Assembly: GCA_963667035.1 (NCBI GenBank)
Contig: OY762964.1
Location: 896,001-960,000 of the forward strand
From: Candidatus Cloacimonadales bacterium
GTDB lineage: Bacteria > Cloacimonadota > Cloacimonadia > Cloacimonadales > JAFGVF01
Direction: 5' to 3'
DNA length: 64,000 nucleotides
Made by a program: the position numbers and the translations under genes. Positions 1 to 9,810 of this stretch are shown here, in pieces. Each line of letters opens with the position of its first letter. Positions within the stretch are counted from its first letter, which is position 1. The notes below the pieces were generated by a model. That model searched no databases. It had not been told where the DNA came from and was given only the letters and a program-made list of their open reading frames with translations.

Positions 1-1
1 G

Positions 2-262
2 GTCTTTTTAGATGAACCGACCGGTGGGGTTGACCCTATCACTCGCAGAGCTTTCTGGGATATGATTTATCAGGCATCTGCAGAAGGAATAACCGTCTTT
101 GTGACCACCCATTACCTTGATGAAGCTGAATACTGCGACCGGATTTCAATGATGGTTAAAGGGCGCATCGCAGCCCTTGGAACTCCAACAGAACTTAAAG
201 AGCAGTTCAAGGTTGCAAACATGTACGATGTCTTCCTCAAACTCGCCAGAGGTGACGAATGA
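2..262 (+). CDS. ABC transporter ATP-binding protein, 3' part (truncated by window start)
   Basis: Frame open from nt 2: VFLDEPTGGVDPITRRAFW (Walker B/D-loop) and TTHYLDEAE (H-loop); stop overlaps next ATG (ATGA). Confidence 0.93.
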   Translation, partial: VFLDEPTGGVDPITRRAFWDMIYQASAEGITVFVTTHYLDEAEYCDRISMMVKGRIAALGTPTELKEQFKVANMYDVFLKLARGDE

Positions 263-1359
263 AAAACCTTTTAATCTTTATCAATAAAGAGATTCTCCAC
301 ATAATCCGTGATCCTAAATCGCTCATGATTATGGTTCTATTACCCCTTATCGAGATTCTCCTCTTCGGATTTGTCCTTCGGTTTGAGATTGAGAACACCA
401 CAATTGCCGTTTATGATATGGCTAAACAACATAGTTCAGTACAGTTGGTTCATAGACTCGAAGGTGGTAAACGCTTTAAAGTAATTCCTGTGGATTCGAT
501 GCAGGAGGCAGAACTGTTCCTCAAATCCAATAAGATAAAGGCAGTTCTTCGCATCTCTCCTGACTTTGAGCGTGTGATGTTAGCTGACAATGAGCCTGTT
601 TTTCAGTTAGTGCTTGATGCCATTGACCCCAACACTGCAACTACGATAGAGGCATATCTTAACGCTGTGCTGGTAGATTTCTTTGCAGAACAGGGGCTTG
701 CGAATCAACCTCAAATGCTCAAAGTTGAACAGTTAATGTACTATAATCCGACAATGAAGAGTGTTTACTCTACCGTCCCGGGGCTAATTTCGGTCATTCT
801 GATGCTTATTTGTGCTCTGATGACTTCGGTGTCGCTTACACGAGAGAAGGAAACAGGAACCCTCAATGTGCTCCTTATATCGCCTTTAAAACCTATTCAG
901 ATAGTAATCGGAAAGGTTATTCCCTATCTTCTGGTTTCATTCGTCAATATCGCAATCATCCTCATCCTCGCTTTTACGGTCTTCAAAATGCCCTTAGCCG
1001 GTTCGCTATTCCTGCTTATTCTGGTCAGTCTCATCTACTGTATCTGTGCCCTTGCTCTTGGTTTCCTAATCTCTACCAAAGCTCAGAGTCAACAGGTTGC
1101 AATGATGATTTCACTGGCCGGGTTAATGCTCCCTACCACTCTTTTAAGTGGGATGATTTATCCCATTAAGAATATGCCAATCTGGCTACAGGGAATCACT
1201 TATATCATGCCGGCACGCTGGTTTGTCAATATCCTGAAACACATTATGCTCAAGGCTTCTCCTCTGTCTGATTTCCTGCCGGATATCGGTGTTTTAGTCC
1301 TCATGACCCTCATCTTAACTGCAATTAGCCTCAAGAATTTCAAGGTAAGGTTTAAATAA
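259..1359 (+). CDS. ABC-2 type transporter permease (YbhS-like)
   Basis: KEILHIIRDP, N-terminal TM, periplasmic domain, REKETGTL motif, C-terminal TM helices. Confidence 0.92.
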   Translation: MKNLLIFINKEILHIIRDPKSLMIMVLLPLIEILLFGFVLRFEIENTTIAVYDMAKQHSSVQLVHRLEGGKRFKVIPVDSMQEAELFLKSNKIKAVLRISPDFERVMLADNEPVFQLVLDAIDPNTATTIEAYLNAVLVDFFAEQGLANQPQMLKVEQLMYYNPTMKSVYSTVPGLISVILMLICALMTSVSLTREKETGTLNVLLISPLKPIQIVIGKVIPYLLVSFVNIAIILILAFTVFKMPLAGSLFLLILVSLIYCICALALGFLISTKAQSQQVAMMISLAGLMLPTTLLSGMIYPIKNMPIWLQGITYIMPARWFVNILKHIMLKASPLSDFLPDIGVLVLMTLILTAISLKNFKVRFK

Positions 1360-2459
1360 TGCGTAATATACTTCTATTAATCCAAAAAGAGTTTAAGCAG
1401 ATTTTCAGGAACAAGGCAATGCTGGCGATTATGTTTATCATGCCGATGATTCAGCTCTTGATTCTCTCCAATGCTGCTGACTTTGAACTTAAAAGCGTTT
1501 ACTTTGCCTGGGAGGATATGGACAAGTCTCCCCTCTCTAATGCTCTGCTTGCTAAGTTTGAGAATAACCCTCTCTTTCATCTGAAATACAGCTCTGATTC
1601 GGCAGAACTAAACGATGCACAACTAGAGAATAATCTCGCAGAAGTTATCATCAGTATCCCTACCTCATTTGAGTCAGACCTGATGAACAGACGCGAGTCA
1701 ACTATTCAGCTTCGCATTAATGCCATTGATGGCTCTGCCGGGGGGCTTATTGCCACCTATGCAAACAAGATTATCAATGATTTCTATACTGACGAGTTGC
1801 TTAAAGTCAATCAGATTAAGCGGATTGTCGAAGCTCGTTATCTCTACAACCCTGAGTTGAACTATAAAACCTATATGATCCCGGGGATTCTTGTTGTGCT
1901 TGTTACTGTGATTGGACTGCTCTTAACAGCTCTCAATATAGCCCGTGAGAAGGAGATTGGCACAATCGAACAGATAAATGTAACGCCTATCAAGAAGCAT
2001 CAGTTTATTCTTGGTAAGCTGTTGCCTATGCTCGTTATCGGGATTGGTGAGTTTGTCCTCGGTATGCTGATTGCCCGTCTTATCTTCCATATCCCTGTTG
2101 TCGGTAATCCGCTTGTGCAATTGCTCTTTCTTGTTGTCTATCTCTGCGTGATGCTTGGAATCGGACTCCTCATCTCTTCCCAGGTGCAGACTCAACAACA
2201 GGCGATGTTCATTGCCTTCTTTGTCATGATGGTATTTATTTTCCTCTCCGGTCTCTTCTCTGCTATTGAGAATATGCCCAAATGGGGACAGATAGTCGCC
2301 CAATTAATCCCTATCTCCTACTTCATCCGAGATACTCGGAGTATCCTACTCAAAGGTGCCGGACTAAAAGAACTTTACCCAGATTTGCTTATCCTCATGG
2401 GCAATGCCGTAGTTGTTAACACAGTTGCTATTCTGGCTTATAAGAAGACAAGTGATTAG
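1359..2459 (+). CDS. ABC-2 type transporter permease (YbhR-like)
   Basis: KEFKQIFRN, YNPELNY, REKEIGTIEQ motifs; paralogue of the upstream gene, overlapping its stop. Confidence 0.92.
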   Translation: MRNILLLIQKEFKQIFRNKAMLAIMFIMPMIQLLILSNAADFELKSVYFAWEDMDKSPLSNALLAKFENNPLFHLKYSSDSAELNDAQLENNLAEVIISIPTSFESDLMNRRESTIQLRINAIDGSAGGLIATYANKIINDFYTDELLKVNQIKRIVEARYLYNPELNYKTYMIPGILVVLVTVIGLLLTALNIAREKEIGTIEQINVTPIKKHQFILGKLLPMLVIGIGEFVLGMLIARLIFHIPVVGNPLVQLLFLVVYLCVMLGIGLLISSQVQTQQQAMFIAFFVMMVFIFLSGLFSAIENMPKWGQIVAQLIPISYFIRDTRSILLKGAGLKELYPDLLILMGNAVVVNTVAILAYKKTSD

Positions 2460-2532
2460 GTAGTTTAAGGGAAATGTAGTGAGAGTATGTAATGTTGAGA
2501 TTGAAAATCTGGTATACTCATTCACTATTTAA

Positions 2533-5388
2533 CTAGTAGTCCTCCTTGTCCTGGATTATTCTTCTCAAATTCATATTTCCATATCCATTTTCGGACATGA
2601 AATTCTGAATATGTTTGTATGAGTTTAAATTTTGCCCCGATTCAAAAATAATGTTTAATGCATTTTTCAGACCATCAACAAAATTTGGCGGTGATTCGAT
2701 TCTAATTATCCTCAGTAATTGGAAATTTTTATCGTTAACCAAAATACTCTTTTCCCATGTATTTGTTTCAATACTTCTTAAAGACCTTAACAAAACATCT
2801 TTACAATAACTAACTAGAGGTAAAGATATGGAATCACCATCAATAAAGAATCTGATATGCACATCTTGGATAGTACTCTCATTAATTAAAGTTTTTGCTT
2901 CCCAAGACCATTGATTGAGATGATTGATAAATGTCTCTGGCCCAACCCCTGAACAGACCAGAATTGTTTGATAATTGATTAATACATCCAAAATATTAAG
3001 TTTTTTTCTTTTTTGATTCGTCCCTATCAAATATTTAACTATAGATTTATGCAATCCAAATTGCATTTTAGAGAAATTGATTAATAACTCACCATATCCA
3101 ATATGGTGCTCAATTATGCCAGAAATATTCATGACAAACTCATTGCTAGTATTCTCCAATATAGATAATAATAGTGATTTATGTTGCAGATTTAGATTAT
3201 TATATTTAATTAACAACATGCAAATCAAATCATAGTAGACAACTGAATCGTTATCTGCTCTCTTTAAACGAGCATACAATATTTCATCGGGTAATGCTTT
3301 GTTTTTTTGATTCGGTGTAAACAATTGTTTTATAACGTTTCCTTTTGCACTAAGACTTTTTATATATGAATCAATACGGTTAAGAAATTTTGGTACTTCG
3401 CATTCAGGACTAAGATATGAAATGCATTTCATCTTTTCAATCTCTGATTCATCTATTTTACTTAAAGTTTCATCAAGTTTGCCATAATCAGATGAAATTT
3501 GATATTTGGAATACTCCTCTTTTGCTATCATTAAAAAAGTGATGAATGAATCTACATCGACTTCTTTGCTTTCAAGATTCTCAAAAACATTGATAATATT
3601 TAAATTAGCTAACATGTTAATACTGTTATAATAATCAAGCACAGAAAAAGATTCATGTGTTCGATATTCTTCAATGATCTTCTTCATGTATTCCTGCTTA
3701 TTCTCTATGTTTCGTATTAGAACAATTTGGTAGTCTAGAAGTGCATATTCCTTCAGTTCTCTTTCATAGACTAATTCAATGATACACTTCCAAATGTGTT
3801 TAATCCTAGCTTCTTCATTTTTAGATGCAAATACAGTATTCAGTACTTGCACGCAATTGGGAATGTTCGAAACATTTGTTACAGCATTATCTAGAAGCTC
3901 GAAGAATTCCATAGAATTGCTAATATCACTAACAATTGTTTCATCTCCATTGTTTAACGCTTTAGTTAATGAATCAATAAAAACAACATTTGTAACTTGT
4001 ATTAGAGGCAATTGGTAATAGAGTGATGCAATATTGGACGGCAAATTTGTATCTCTTGAATACAAAAACGCTAGAGAGTTTAAATATGTTGGATTAAAAA
4101 CTTCTGATTGAGGTCTTTCCGAAATTTTAGTTTTTCCAAAAATAAATAAAGCAATATATTCATCAGGAATATCATCTAAAAGAGTTTGTTTGATTGTTAC
4201 AAACTCATTGATAAAAGCAATAATCTTTCTTGGTGTTTGATCACTTGAAAGTAAATCATAAATCTGAGTAACTTTGTTATAATTAGTTTCATCTAGATTT
4301 GTGTTTCCAAAGGCTTCTAGCCATTTCAACCTAAAATATTTTTTCCAATCAACCATCATGGGTGGTGGAACTCGGTAAACAACATCAAATGTTTTATTAA
4401 TATAATCATCGCCAAAGCTGGGTATATCTACATTCGGATCTAAACTATTGTTCATATCTTCATATCTAAATGCACACCTCACATGTGATCGGTCAAATGG
4501 AAGCAATACTCTTATATTCCCATTTCCAGATTCTATTCTTTCCGCAAAGAAAGTATGAATAGAAGACCACAACTCTTGCACTTTATCTTTTGGCAACCTG
4601 TCCATATTATCAAAAACGATTACTAATACATCCATTCCAATATATTTGGAAATATCTAGCATCCAATTACGGAACTCTCTTGAAGAAGGATTAGCTTCAG
4701 AAATCACTTCGAGTGTTGTTGTTTCCATACTATCTTTCTGGTAAAGTGTAAAGAGCTCAGAAAGAGCTGATTTGAATGGTTCTTTATTACCACTTTTTTT
4801 CCCTTTGTTGGTTTTATATGCTAGTATTATAGAATATAAAACTAGTGGTACACTGAAAAGAACCATCTGCATACATATGCTCATTGTTGAATCTTTTATA
4901 ATGTTTAATAATTGCAAGAAGTAGATCGAAAGGATATAAATAATTATCCCAATACTTAGTTTAGGAATTGTTGATGCAGTCGTTTCTTTTTTCTTTGCTA
5001 ATAACGACTTCAGCTTTTTATGTAAAAATGATTCATCTCCTTCTTTTTCTCTAGTTTTAACTAAATGATCTGTCAATTCTTCTATAATAGCTCTTCTTTG
5101 GATATCTTCCTGATGTCCCCATGCATCATATGTAAAAAAATAAAACTTCTGTTTCAATTTTTCCTTTTGTTTTAATCTATTTTCCACGAGTTTAATTAGA
5201 TTTGATTTACCTGAGCCCCATCCACCTTCTATCCCAATCATAATGCAATTACTGTTATTTTTTATTTCGTCACATATTTTATCTGCAATTTTTTTATGAG
5301 CCTGTCCTTCAAACAAATCTTCACCACAAGGATCATTATTGATAATTTTAAATTGTGATCTTGTTATTTTACCATCATCCATCTTCAC
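2533..5388 (-). CDS. KAP-family P-loop NTPase with long C-terminal extension
   Basis: Walker A GGWGSGKS, YDAW motif, two TM helices between Walker A and B, Walker B LVIVFDNMDRL, YINKTFD. Confidence 0.88.
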   Translation of the reverse strand: MKMDDGKITRSQFKIINNDPCGEDLFEGQAHKKIADKICDEIKNNSNCIMIGIEGGWGSGKSNLIKLVENRLKQKEKLKQKFYFFTYDAWGHQEDIQRRAIIEELTDHLVKTREKEGDESFLHKKLKSLLAKKKETTASTIPKLSIGIIIYILSIYFLQLLNIIKDSTMSICMQMVLFSVPLVLYSIILAYKTNKGKKSGNKEPFKSALSELFTLYQKDSMETTTLEVISEANPSSREFRNWMLDISKYIGMDVLVIVFDNMDRLPKDKVQELWSSIHTFFAERIESGNGNIRVLLPFDRSHVRCAFRYEDMNNSLDPNVDIPSFGDDYINKTFDVVYRVPPPMMVDWKKYFRLKWLEAFGNTNLDETNYNKVTQIYDLLSSDQTPRKIIAFINEFVTIKQTLLDDIPDEYIALFIFGKTKISERPQSEVFNPTYLNSLAFLYSRDTNLPSNIASLYYQLPLIQVTNVVFIDSLTKALNNGDETIVSDISNSMEFFELLDNAVTNVSNIPNCVQVLNTVFASKNEEARIKHIWKCIIELVYERELKEYALLDYQIVLIRNIENKQEYMKKIIEEYRTHESFSVLDYYNSINMLANLNIINVFENLESKEVDVDSFITFLMIAKEEYSKYQISSDYGKLDETLSKIDESEIEKMKCISYLSPECEVPKFLNRIDSYIKSLSAKGNVIKQLFTPNQKNKALPDEILYARLKRADNDSVVYYDLICMLLIKYNNLNLQHKSLLLSILENTSNEFVMNISGIIEHHIGYGELLINFSKMQFGLHKSIVKYLIGTNQKRKKLNILDVLINYQTILVCSGVGPETFINHLNQWSWEAKTLINESTIQDVHIRFFIDGDSISLPLVSYCKDVLLRSLRSIETNTWEKSILVNDKNFQLLRIIRIESPPNFVDGLKNALNIIFESGQNLNSYKHIQNFMSENGYGNMNLRRIIQDKEDY

Positions 5389-5393
5389 AACTC

Positions 5394-5630
5394 CTACTTC
5401 TTATCTTTTGGTGGACATGGATCATTACCATAACTATTTCCACCTCGAATCTGCCCATTTACACCATGGATCTTGGTGTCTGATTTTTGATTCCTAGCAA
5501 TTTCAGTTGCTACTTGAATCGCTTCTTTTTGAGTATCTGTTCTCTTAGTTAGTCTTGAGTTTCCCTCACCTCTAACACCCCAACCGTTTTCAGTTTTCAC
5601 AACATGTTGATTTTTCCCTTTAGAACCCAT
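5394..5630 (-). CDS. DUF2188 domain-containing small protein
   Basis: NQHVV..GW.V..EG....TQKEAI..A..IARN.....IHG..GQI...NSYG.DP.PP pattern; GGAGG RBS. Confidence 0.88.
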   Translation of the reverse strand: MGSKGKNQHVVKTENGWGVRGEGNSRLTKRTDTQKEAIQVATEIARNQKSDTKIHGVNGQIRGGNSYGNDPCPPKDKK

Positions 5631-5895
5631 TCATCCTCCATATTAATCTATTGTATCAAGAGTTTCTATTCCTAATAGATTTATTAATATATTAGATGTT
5701 TTTTAACATACACATATAAGAGGTCAAGTAATATATTATTCTAATGAAACTTCTATCTATTTTGCGTGCAATTGGCAATTCCTCAGATAGCTCATACATT
5801 AGTTTCTAGTAGCAATTAAGGGAGAACTACGAGAATCCACAGTGCGTTTTATGCGGAGTTTCAGACTTTTATGCTATTTTTAGGCTCTAGTTATT

Positions 5896-6026
5896 CCCGA
5901 TTTAACAACGCAGTGTGTTTCCACTGTGAAGGCAGTGCGGACGCACTATCCACGCACAGAATCACCGGGTTGACAGTACCTTCACAGTGCGAGAGCAGTG
6001 GGAAAAATGCGAATTGTTGAACCGGG
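5896..6026. other. Long nested inverted-repeat element (candidate structured RNA or MITE/REP-like element)
   Basis: Outer stem cccgatttaacaacgca (5896-5912) / tgcgaattgttgaaccggg (6008-6026); perfect inner stem cactgtgaagg (5922-5932) / ccttcacagtg (5979-5989); GC-richer than its flanks. Confidence 0.5.
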
Positions 6027-6297
6027 CTAATTGTGTGCACTAATAGTTTATTCAAACTGACGGGAGAAATAATACAGCTCATAAAAAAGATTAAAGAGAT
6101 TTAACCTTAGTTTTTTTTATTTAGGATGAAGCTAACCTGTTAATATATGTATTGTTCTCTAGATAGATTTAGACATTCTTAAATTTACGTTTTCGATATG
6201 TATAAACATAGATTAAGATACGTAGAAGTAAGAATGCAGATTCCTGATATCATTAAAAACCTTGCATTTGAGATTGGGACTCTTTTTAGATACTAAC

Positions 6298-6651
6298 TTA
6301 GCCTTTTGACTTTATCCTATTTAGCAGCGAGAATACAATCATCAAGATTCCCGATAGAATTAACGGTAATGCCATTGAAAGAAATGCATAGATATTTTCA
6401 TAGAATTTGAGAGCAAATATCATGAGAAGACTAATGAGCAAAACAATAATTCCCCCGGTAAGAGGTTTCTTCCAGGTTGCAAACACAATTGCAAATAAGA
6501 TAAAAGATGGAATATTATGCATCAATAATCCGATAAGTATTTCCCCAAAACATAATCCCTGACCAAAGACATCAAGTGAGAAAACCATAAAAAAAAGAGC
6601 TACCGCAAGTGAAAGTATCCGACCTGTCCAAAGAATCCATTTGTGTTTCAT
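6298..6651 (-). CDS. Small 4-TM membrane protein of unknown function
   Basis: Four hydrophobic segments, LLMHNIP motif; GGGGA RBS before ATG at 6651. Confidence 0.8.
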   Translation of the reverse strand: MKHKWILWTGRILSLAVALFFMVFSLDVFGQGLCFGEILIGLLMHNIPSFILFAIVFATWKKPLTGGIIVLLISLLMIFALKFYENIYAFLSMALPLILSGILMIVFSLLNRIKSKG

Positions 6652-6952
6652 TTTATCCCCATTTAATTTAAGCAATTATCTACTGAGTTAGTTGTTTAGT
6701 CAAGAAGAGAATCAAATAGCTCTCTAAACAGTGGAAGAAGTTGCCTTTTCTTTAGAAAATGATGTTTCTACTTCCTAAATAATACTGTTAGTTCTTTGAT
6801 GCTGCAAGCTTTTCTTTATCATCTCAGATACATTGCTATTAAGCTATTGTAGGCTTCTTCTCTATTAATAAATAAAACCTGATTGTACTATTGTTACTTT
6901 TTTCTATTGACTATTTTATTATCACTAAATGATATTGATAATCATCAATGGA

Positions 6953-6976
6953 GGATAACTATTAATTATGGGTTGT
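6953..6976 (+). repeat. Left 24-bp inverted repeat GGATAACTATTAATTATGGGTTGT
   Basis: 23/24 identical to the reverse complement of 9154-9177. Confidence 0.9.
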
Positions 6977-6980
6977 TACT

Positions 6981-7988
6981 ATGCTTGCTAGATTAATACT
7001 CTGTGTTATTAAAGCCACTATTGCTATTGCAGTATTGATAATTTTAGGTAGCATTATTACCCTGTTATTCCAAGGAAAAGCTTCTCTATATAGCTTCATA
7101 ATGGAGAGTGTTGTTAATTTTAACGGGCTGTTAGTTGGAGGATTTGGCTATGGATTGTTGTTTTTTCTTAAATCTAATGGCAAAACAATACTTATCAAGC
7201 TCTTAAATATCATTGAATTAGATTCTGATAGTGCACTATTCTTACAACAACAGTTTAATAGATACATCTCTTGGAAGAGGATCTCACTATCAAGTCTACC
7301 TTTTTACTTGATTGGAAGTGTTGTCCTCATTAACTGTGGGTATCCCTTACATGGTTTTTCAAAATATTATCTAATATTCTTTTCAACGTCAATTTATTTT
7401 GTCGCTTCATTTATTTTCTTTTTCTTCCTATTTGTGATTATATTTTTTATGAAATTGGATTCTCATAATCGAAACATTTCTATAAAAAAAGAGCTTATAT
7501 CCATGGATTTGAATAGTTTCAACATGTTCTTTATCATAACAACAACAGTTGGTATCCTTGCATTGTATCTAGGTTTCAGAGGAACCCTTACAGCTACTTT
7601 TGCTTTAGAAGACTCATTTATCAGAATATTGTTAACTTTACCAATTGTACTATTCATGCCAACAACACTATTATATAGCTTTTATCCTCGCTATGTTCTA
7701 AAGAAGATTAATGAACATACTATCATAGAAAAGTTAAAGTATATTAATCAGACCTATTCTAAGGAATTCTTACAAAACGATACAATAACTCTTAAGGACA
7801 GGCTTGATTTTGAAAGGAATTTAATGGACCTTAAAGATAAGGTTTATTCAGAACTGAAGCAATTCCCCGTATTTAGCTTACGGGATTCATTCTCCATCTT
7901 CATTCTTATTGTATTTTTTATTCAGTTCGTTCTTCACAATGACCCAACGATATCGATATTCTTTAAGAAGATACTTAAGATAATATAG
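6981..7988 (+). CDS. Polytopic membrane protein of unknown function
   Basis: 335 aa with about 7 hydrophobic segments and a charged helical stretch before the last TM. Confidence 0.82.
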   Translation: MLARLILCVIKATIAIAVLIILGSIITLLFQGKASLYSFIMESVVNFNGLLVGGFGYGLLFFLKSNGKTILIKLLNIIELDSDSALFLQQQFNRYISWKRISLSSLPFYLIGSVVLINCGYPLHGFSKYYLIFFSTSIYFVASFIFFFFLFVIIFFMKLDSHNRNISIKKELISMDLNSFNMFFIITTTVGILALYLGFRGTLTATFALEDSFIRILLTLPIVLFMPTTLLYSFYPRYVLKKINEHTIIEKLKYINQTYSKEFLQNDTITLKDRLDFERNLMDLKDKVYSELKQFPVFSLRDSFSIFILIVFFIQFVLHNDPTISIFFKKILKII

Positions 7989-9162
7989 ATTTTACAAAGT
8001 TTTTAAAAAGATAATTGTTAGGACTTAGGATTTTCAGTAACTGCTTCTGTTTGAGTATGTCTATAAGATTGAGTTCACCAAAAATGATGTCGAAAACAAG
8101 CTTATCATCTAAGAATTGCATTTGTTCCACGAAATTAGCAAATTTATCTGAATCCCATTTCATCACATCCATGAAAAGCTTTAACTGAAACTTTGTGGCC
8201 AGATTACTAATACCAATATTCTTTAGTGCAAGTAAGTTTTTTCTGTCGGTCCTATTTTCTTTTACCACACAAACTAACTCTTTTGCTAGGTCTTTGTATT
8301 GTTTAAGCATTATAGTAAGAGCGGTTGCTGATGTTGCAGGATTTAACTGACCTGCTTCTCCATAGAAGAATATTTTATTTAAAGCCCTGGTATTAAGATT
8401 TCCAACCGGAATGATGCCATTTACTGAATCATTATCAAAGTAAGTATTATCAAAATAACTTTTCATGTGTGAGTCATTCACAATAAATTCAAATTCCTCT
8501 AGTATCGATTTAGATGAGTATGTACTACTTTGAGTACTGATAATGGCCGCAAAAGCATATTCATTTTTTAATGGGAATAGTTCAAAATATTTAGAAGAGG
8601 ATTGCAATATTATATTTTGAAGCCCTATTGGATTAACTCTTTCTCTTAGCTTAAGTTTCTTCCCAAACATGTGATAGTATCCTTTGATATCAATGATTCC
8701 TTTTGCATTTACAATAGGAGAAGAGTATCCCATACAATCAATTACAAGTTTTACACTATATTTTTTATCTCCGGCAGATATGTTTATTCTATCTTCAACA
8801 TATTCGTAAGAATAAAATTGTGTAGAACACATAACCGGACAATCATTAGCAACAATTGTTTGATAAAGATGATTAATTAGTCGATTCGTATCCCATAAAA
8901 TGTAATTACCAGAACAAGTATATTTAACATTATTGTATCCAACAAAATCTAGATAATCGTATTCATTATCAATGCAGTGAACCAGCTCAGGATTGTCTTT
9001 GATACAATCTTTGTTAGTTAGCCAGTATTTATGAGATGGTATTGATGATTTCTTTTCAATCAATATTATCGAAAGCTCTTTCGACAGTTCACTTGCTAAC
9101 AACAAACCTGATATTCCTGCTCCTAAAATTGCAATGTCAAATTTTGGAGTTTTACAGCCCAT
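7975..9162 (-). CDS. FAD-dependent oxidoreductase (lycopene cyclase CruA/CruP / geranylgeranyl-reductase-like fold)
   Basis: DIAILGAGISG Rossmann motif, IEKK, VIDCMGYSSPIV, FFYGEAG (GD-motif variant). Confidence 0.78.
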   Translation of the reverse strand: MGCKTPKFDIAILGAGISGLLLASELSKELSIILIEKKSSIPSHKYWLTNKDCIKDNPELVHCIDNEYDYLDFVGYNNVKYTCSGNYILWDTNRLINHLYQTIVANDCPVMCSTQFYSYEYVEDRINISAGDKKYSVKLVIDCMGYSSPIVNAKGIIDIKGYYHMFGKKLKLRERVNPIGLQNIILQSSSKYFELFPLKNEYAFAAIISTQSSTYSSKSILEEFEFIVNDSHMKSYFDNTYFDNDSVNGIIPVGNLNTRALNKIFFYGEAGQLNPATSATALTIMLKQYKDLAKELVCVVKENRTDRKNLLALKNIGISNLATKFQLKLFMDVMKWDSDKFANFVEQMQFLDDKLVFDIIFGELNLIDILKQKQLLKILSPNNYLFKNFVKSILS

Positions 9163-9177
9163 AATTAATAGTTATCC
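9154..9177 (-). repeat. Right 24-bp inverted repeat (minus strand GGATAACTATTAATTATGGGCTGT), containing the flavoprotein start codon
   Basis: Plus strand acagcccataattaatagttatcc; 23/24 match to 6953-6976. Confidence 0.9.
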
Positions 9178-9618
9178 ATTAATCATATCATGCCTCCTTT
9201 AGCGTTGAGAAAGATCTGCGGGGATGTTTTGAATTCATAATCTTCTTTTAAATCTTACGTTTACATGCGTATAAACATAAGTAGTACTGATTGAGCTATG
9301 TCATAGAAAATGTTGGATATACTTAATATCAACGCCTACTTCAAAGAGGAGAGTTGCGAAGGTATGCCTGATGTATGTGAAGTAACAGTTTTATTAATCT
9401 TAGCGATTTTGACACACTTTTTTTATCATTAATCTTAGAGACTAATCAGAGATAGGATTTACAGCAATTATATCTTCAAACTCAAGATAATTAAGAAATG
9501 TTTTCAATGAGGAGTCTTTCCTTTTTGCACACTTGACCTTGTATGCTTTCTTGAAATTATGCTAATAAAGGCCTAAATGACTTTAGTAATTCATGAAACA
9601 TTTAGCAAGGTGCGAGTA

Positions 9619-9810
9619 TCAATCAAACATAAAAATCTCTTCTATAGGTAAGTTAAACACTTTGGCAATATCGTATGCGAGCTTAAGTGACGGATTATAT
9701 TTTCCTTTCTCAAGAAAGACAATTGTCTCCCTTCTCACATTTACCATTTTAGCCAATTGACTCTGGGTTAAATTATCTCGGGCTCTTAGCTCTTTAATTC
9801 TTGTTTTCAT
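9619..9810 (-). CDS. XRE/Cro-family helix-turn-helix regulator
   Basis: [35 protein letters not shown]. Confidence 0.93.
   Translation of the reverse strand: MKTRIKELRARDNLTQSQLAKMVNVRRETIVFLEKGKYNPSLKLAYDIAKVFNLPIEEIFMFD

Noticed and set aside
5891..6082. 63-aa minus-strand ORF
   Set aside because: Overlaps the stem-loop element, with no RBS or protein motif
6953..6976. Canonical chromosomal dif site
   Set aside because: Spacer is 7 bp and the arm after TTATG (GGTTGT) does not match the XerD arm TTATGTTAAAT; kept only as a generic recombinase-like site
2533..9600. Integron cassette array
   Set aside because: Genes are in mixed orientations, there is no integrase, and only one attC-like fold lacking clear L boxes
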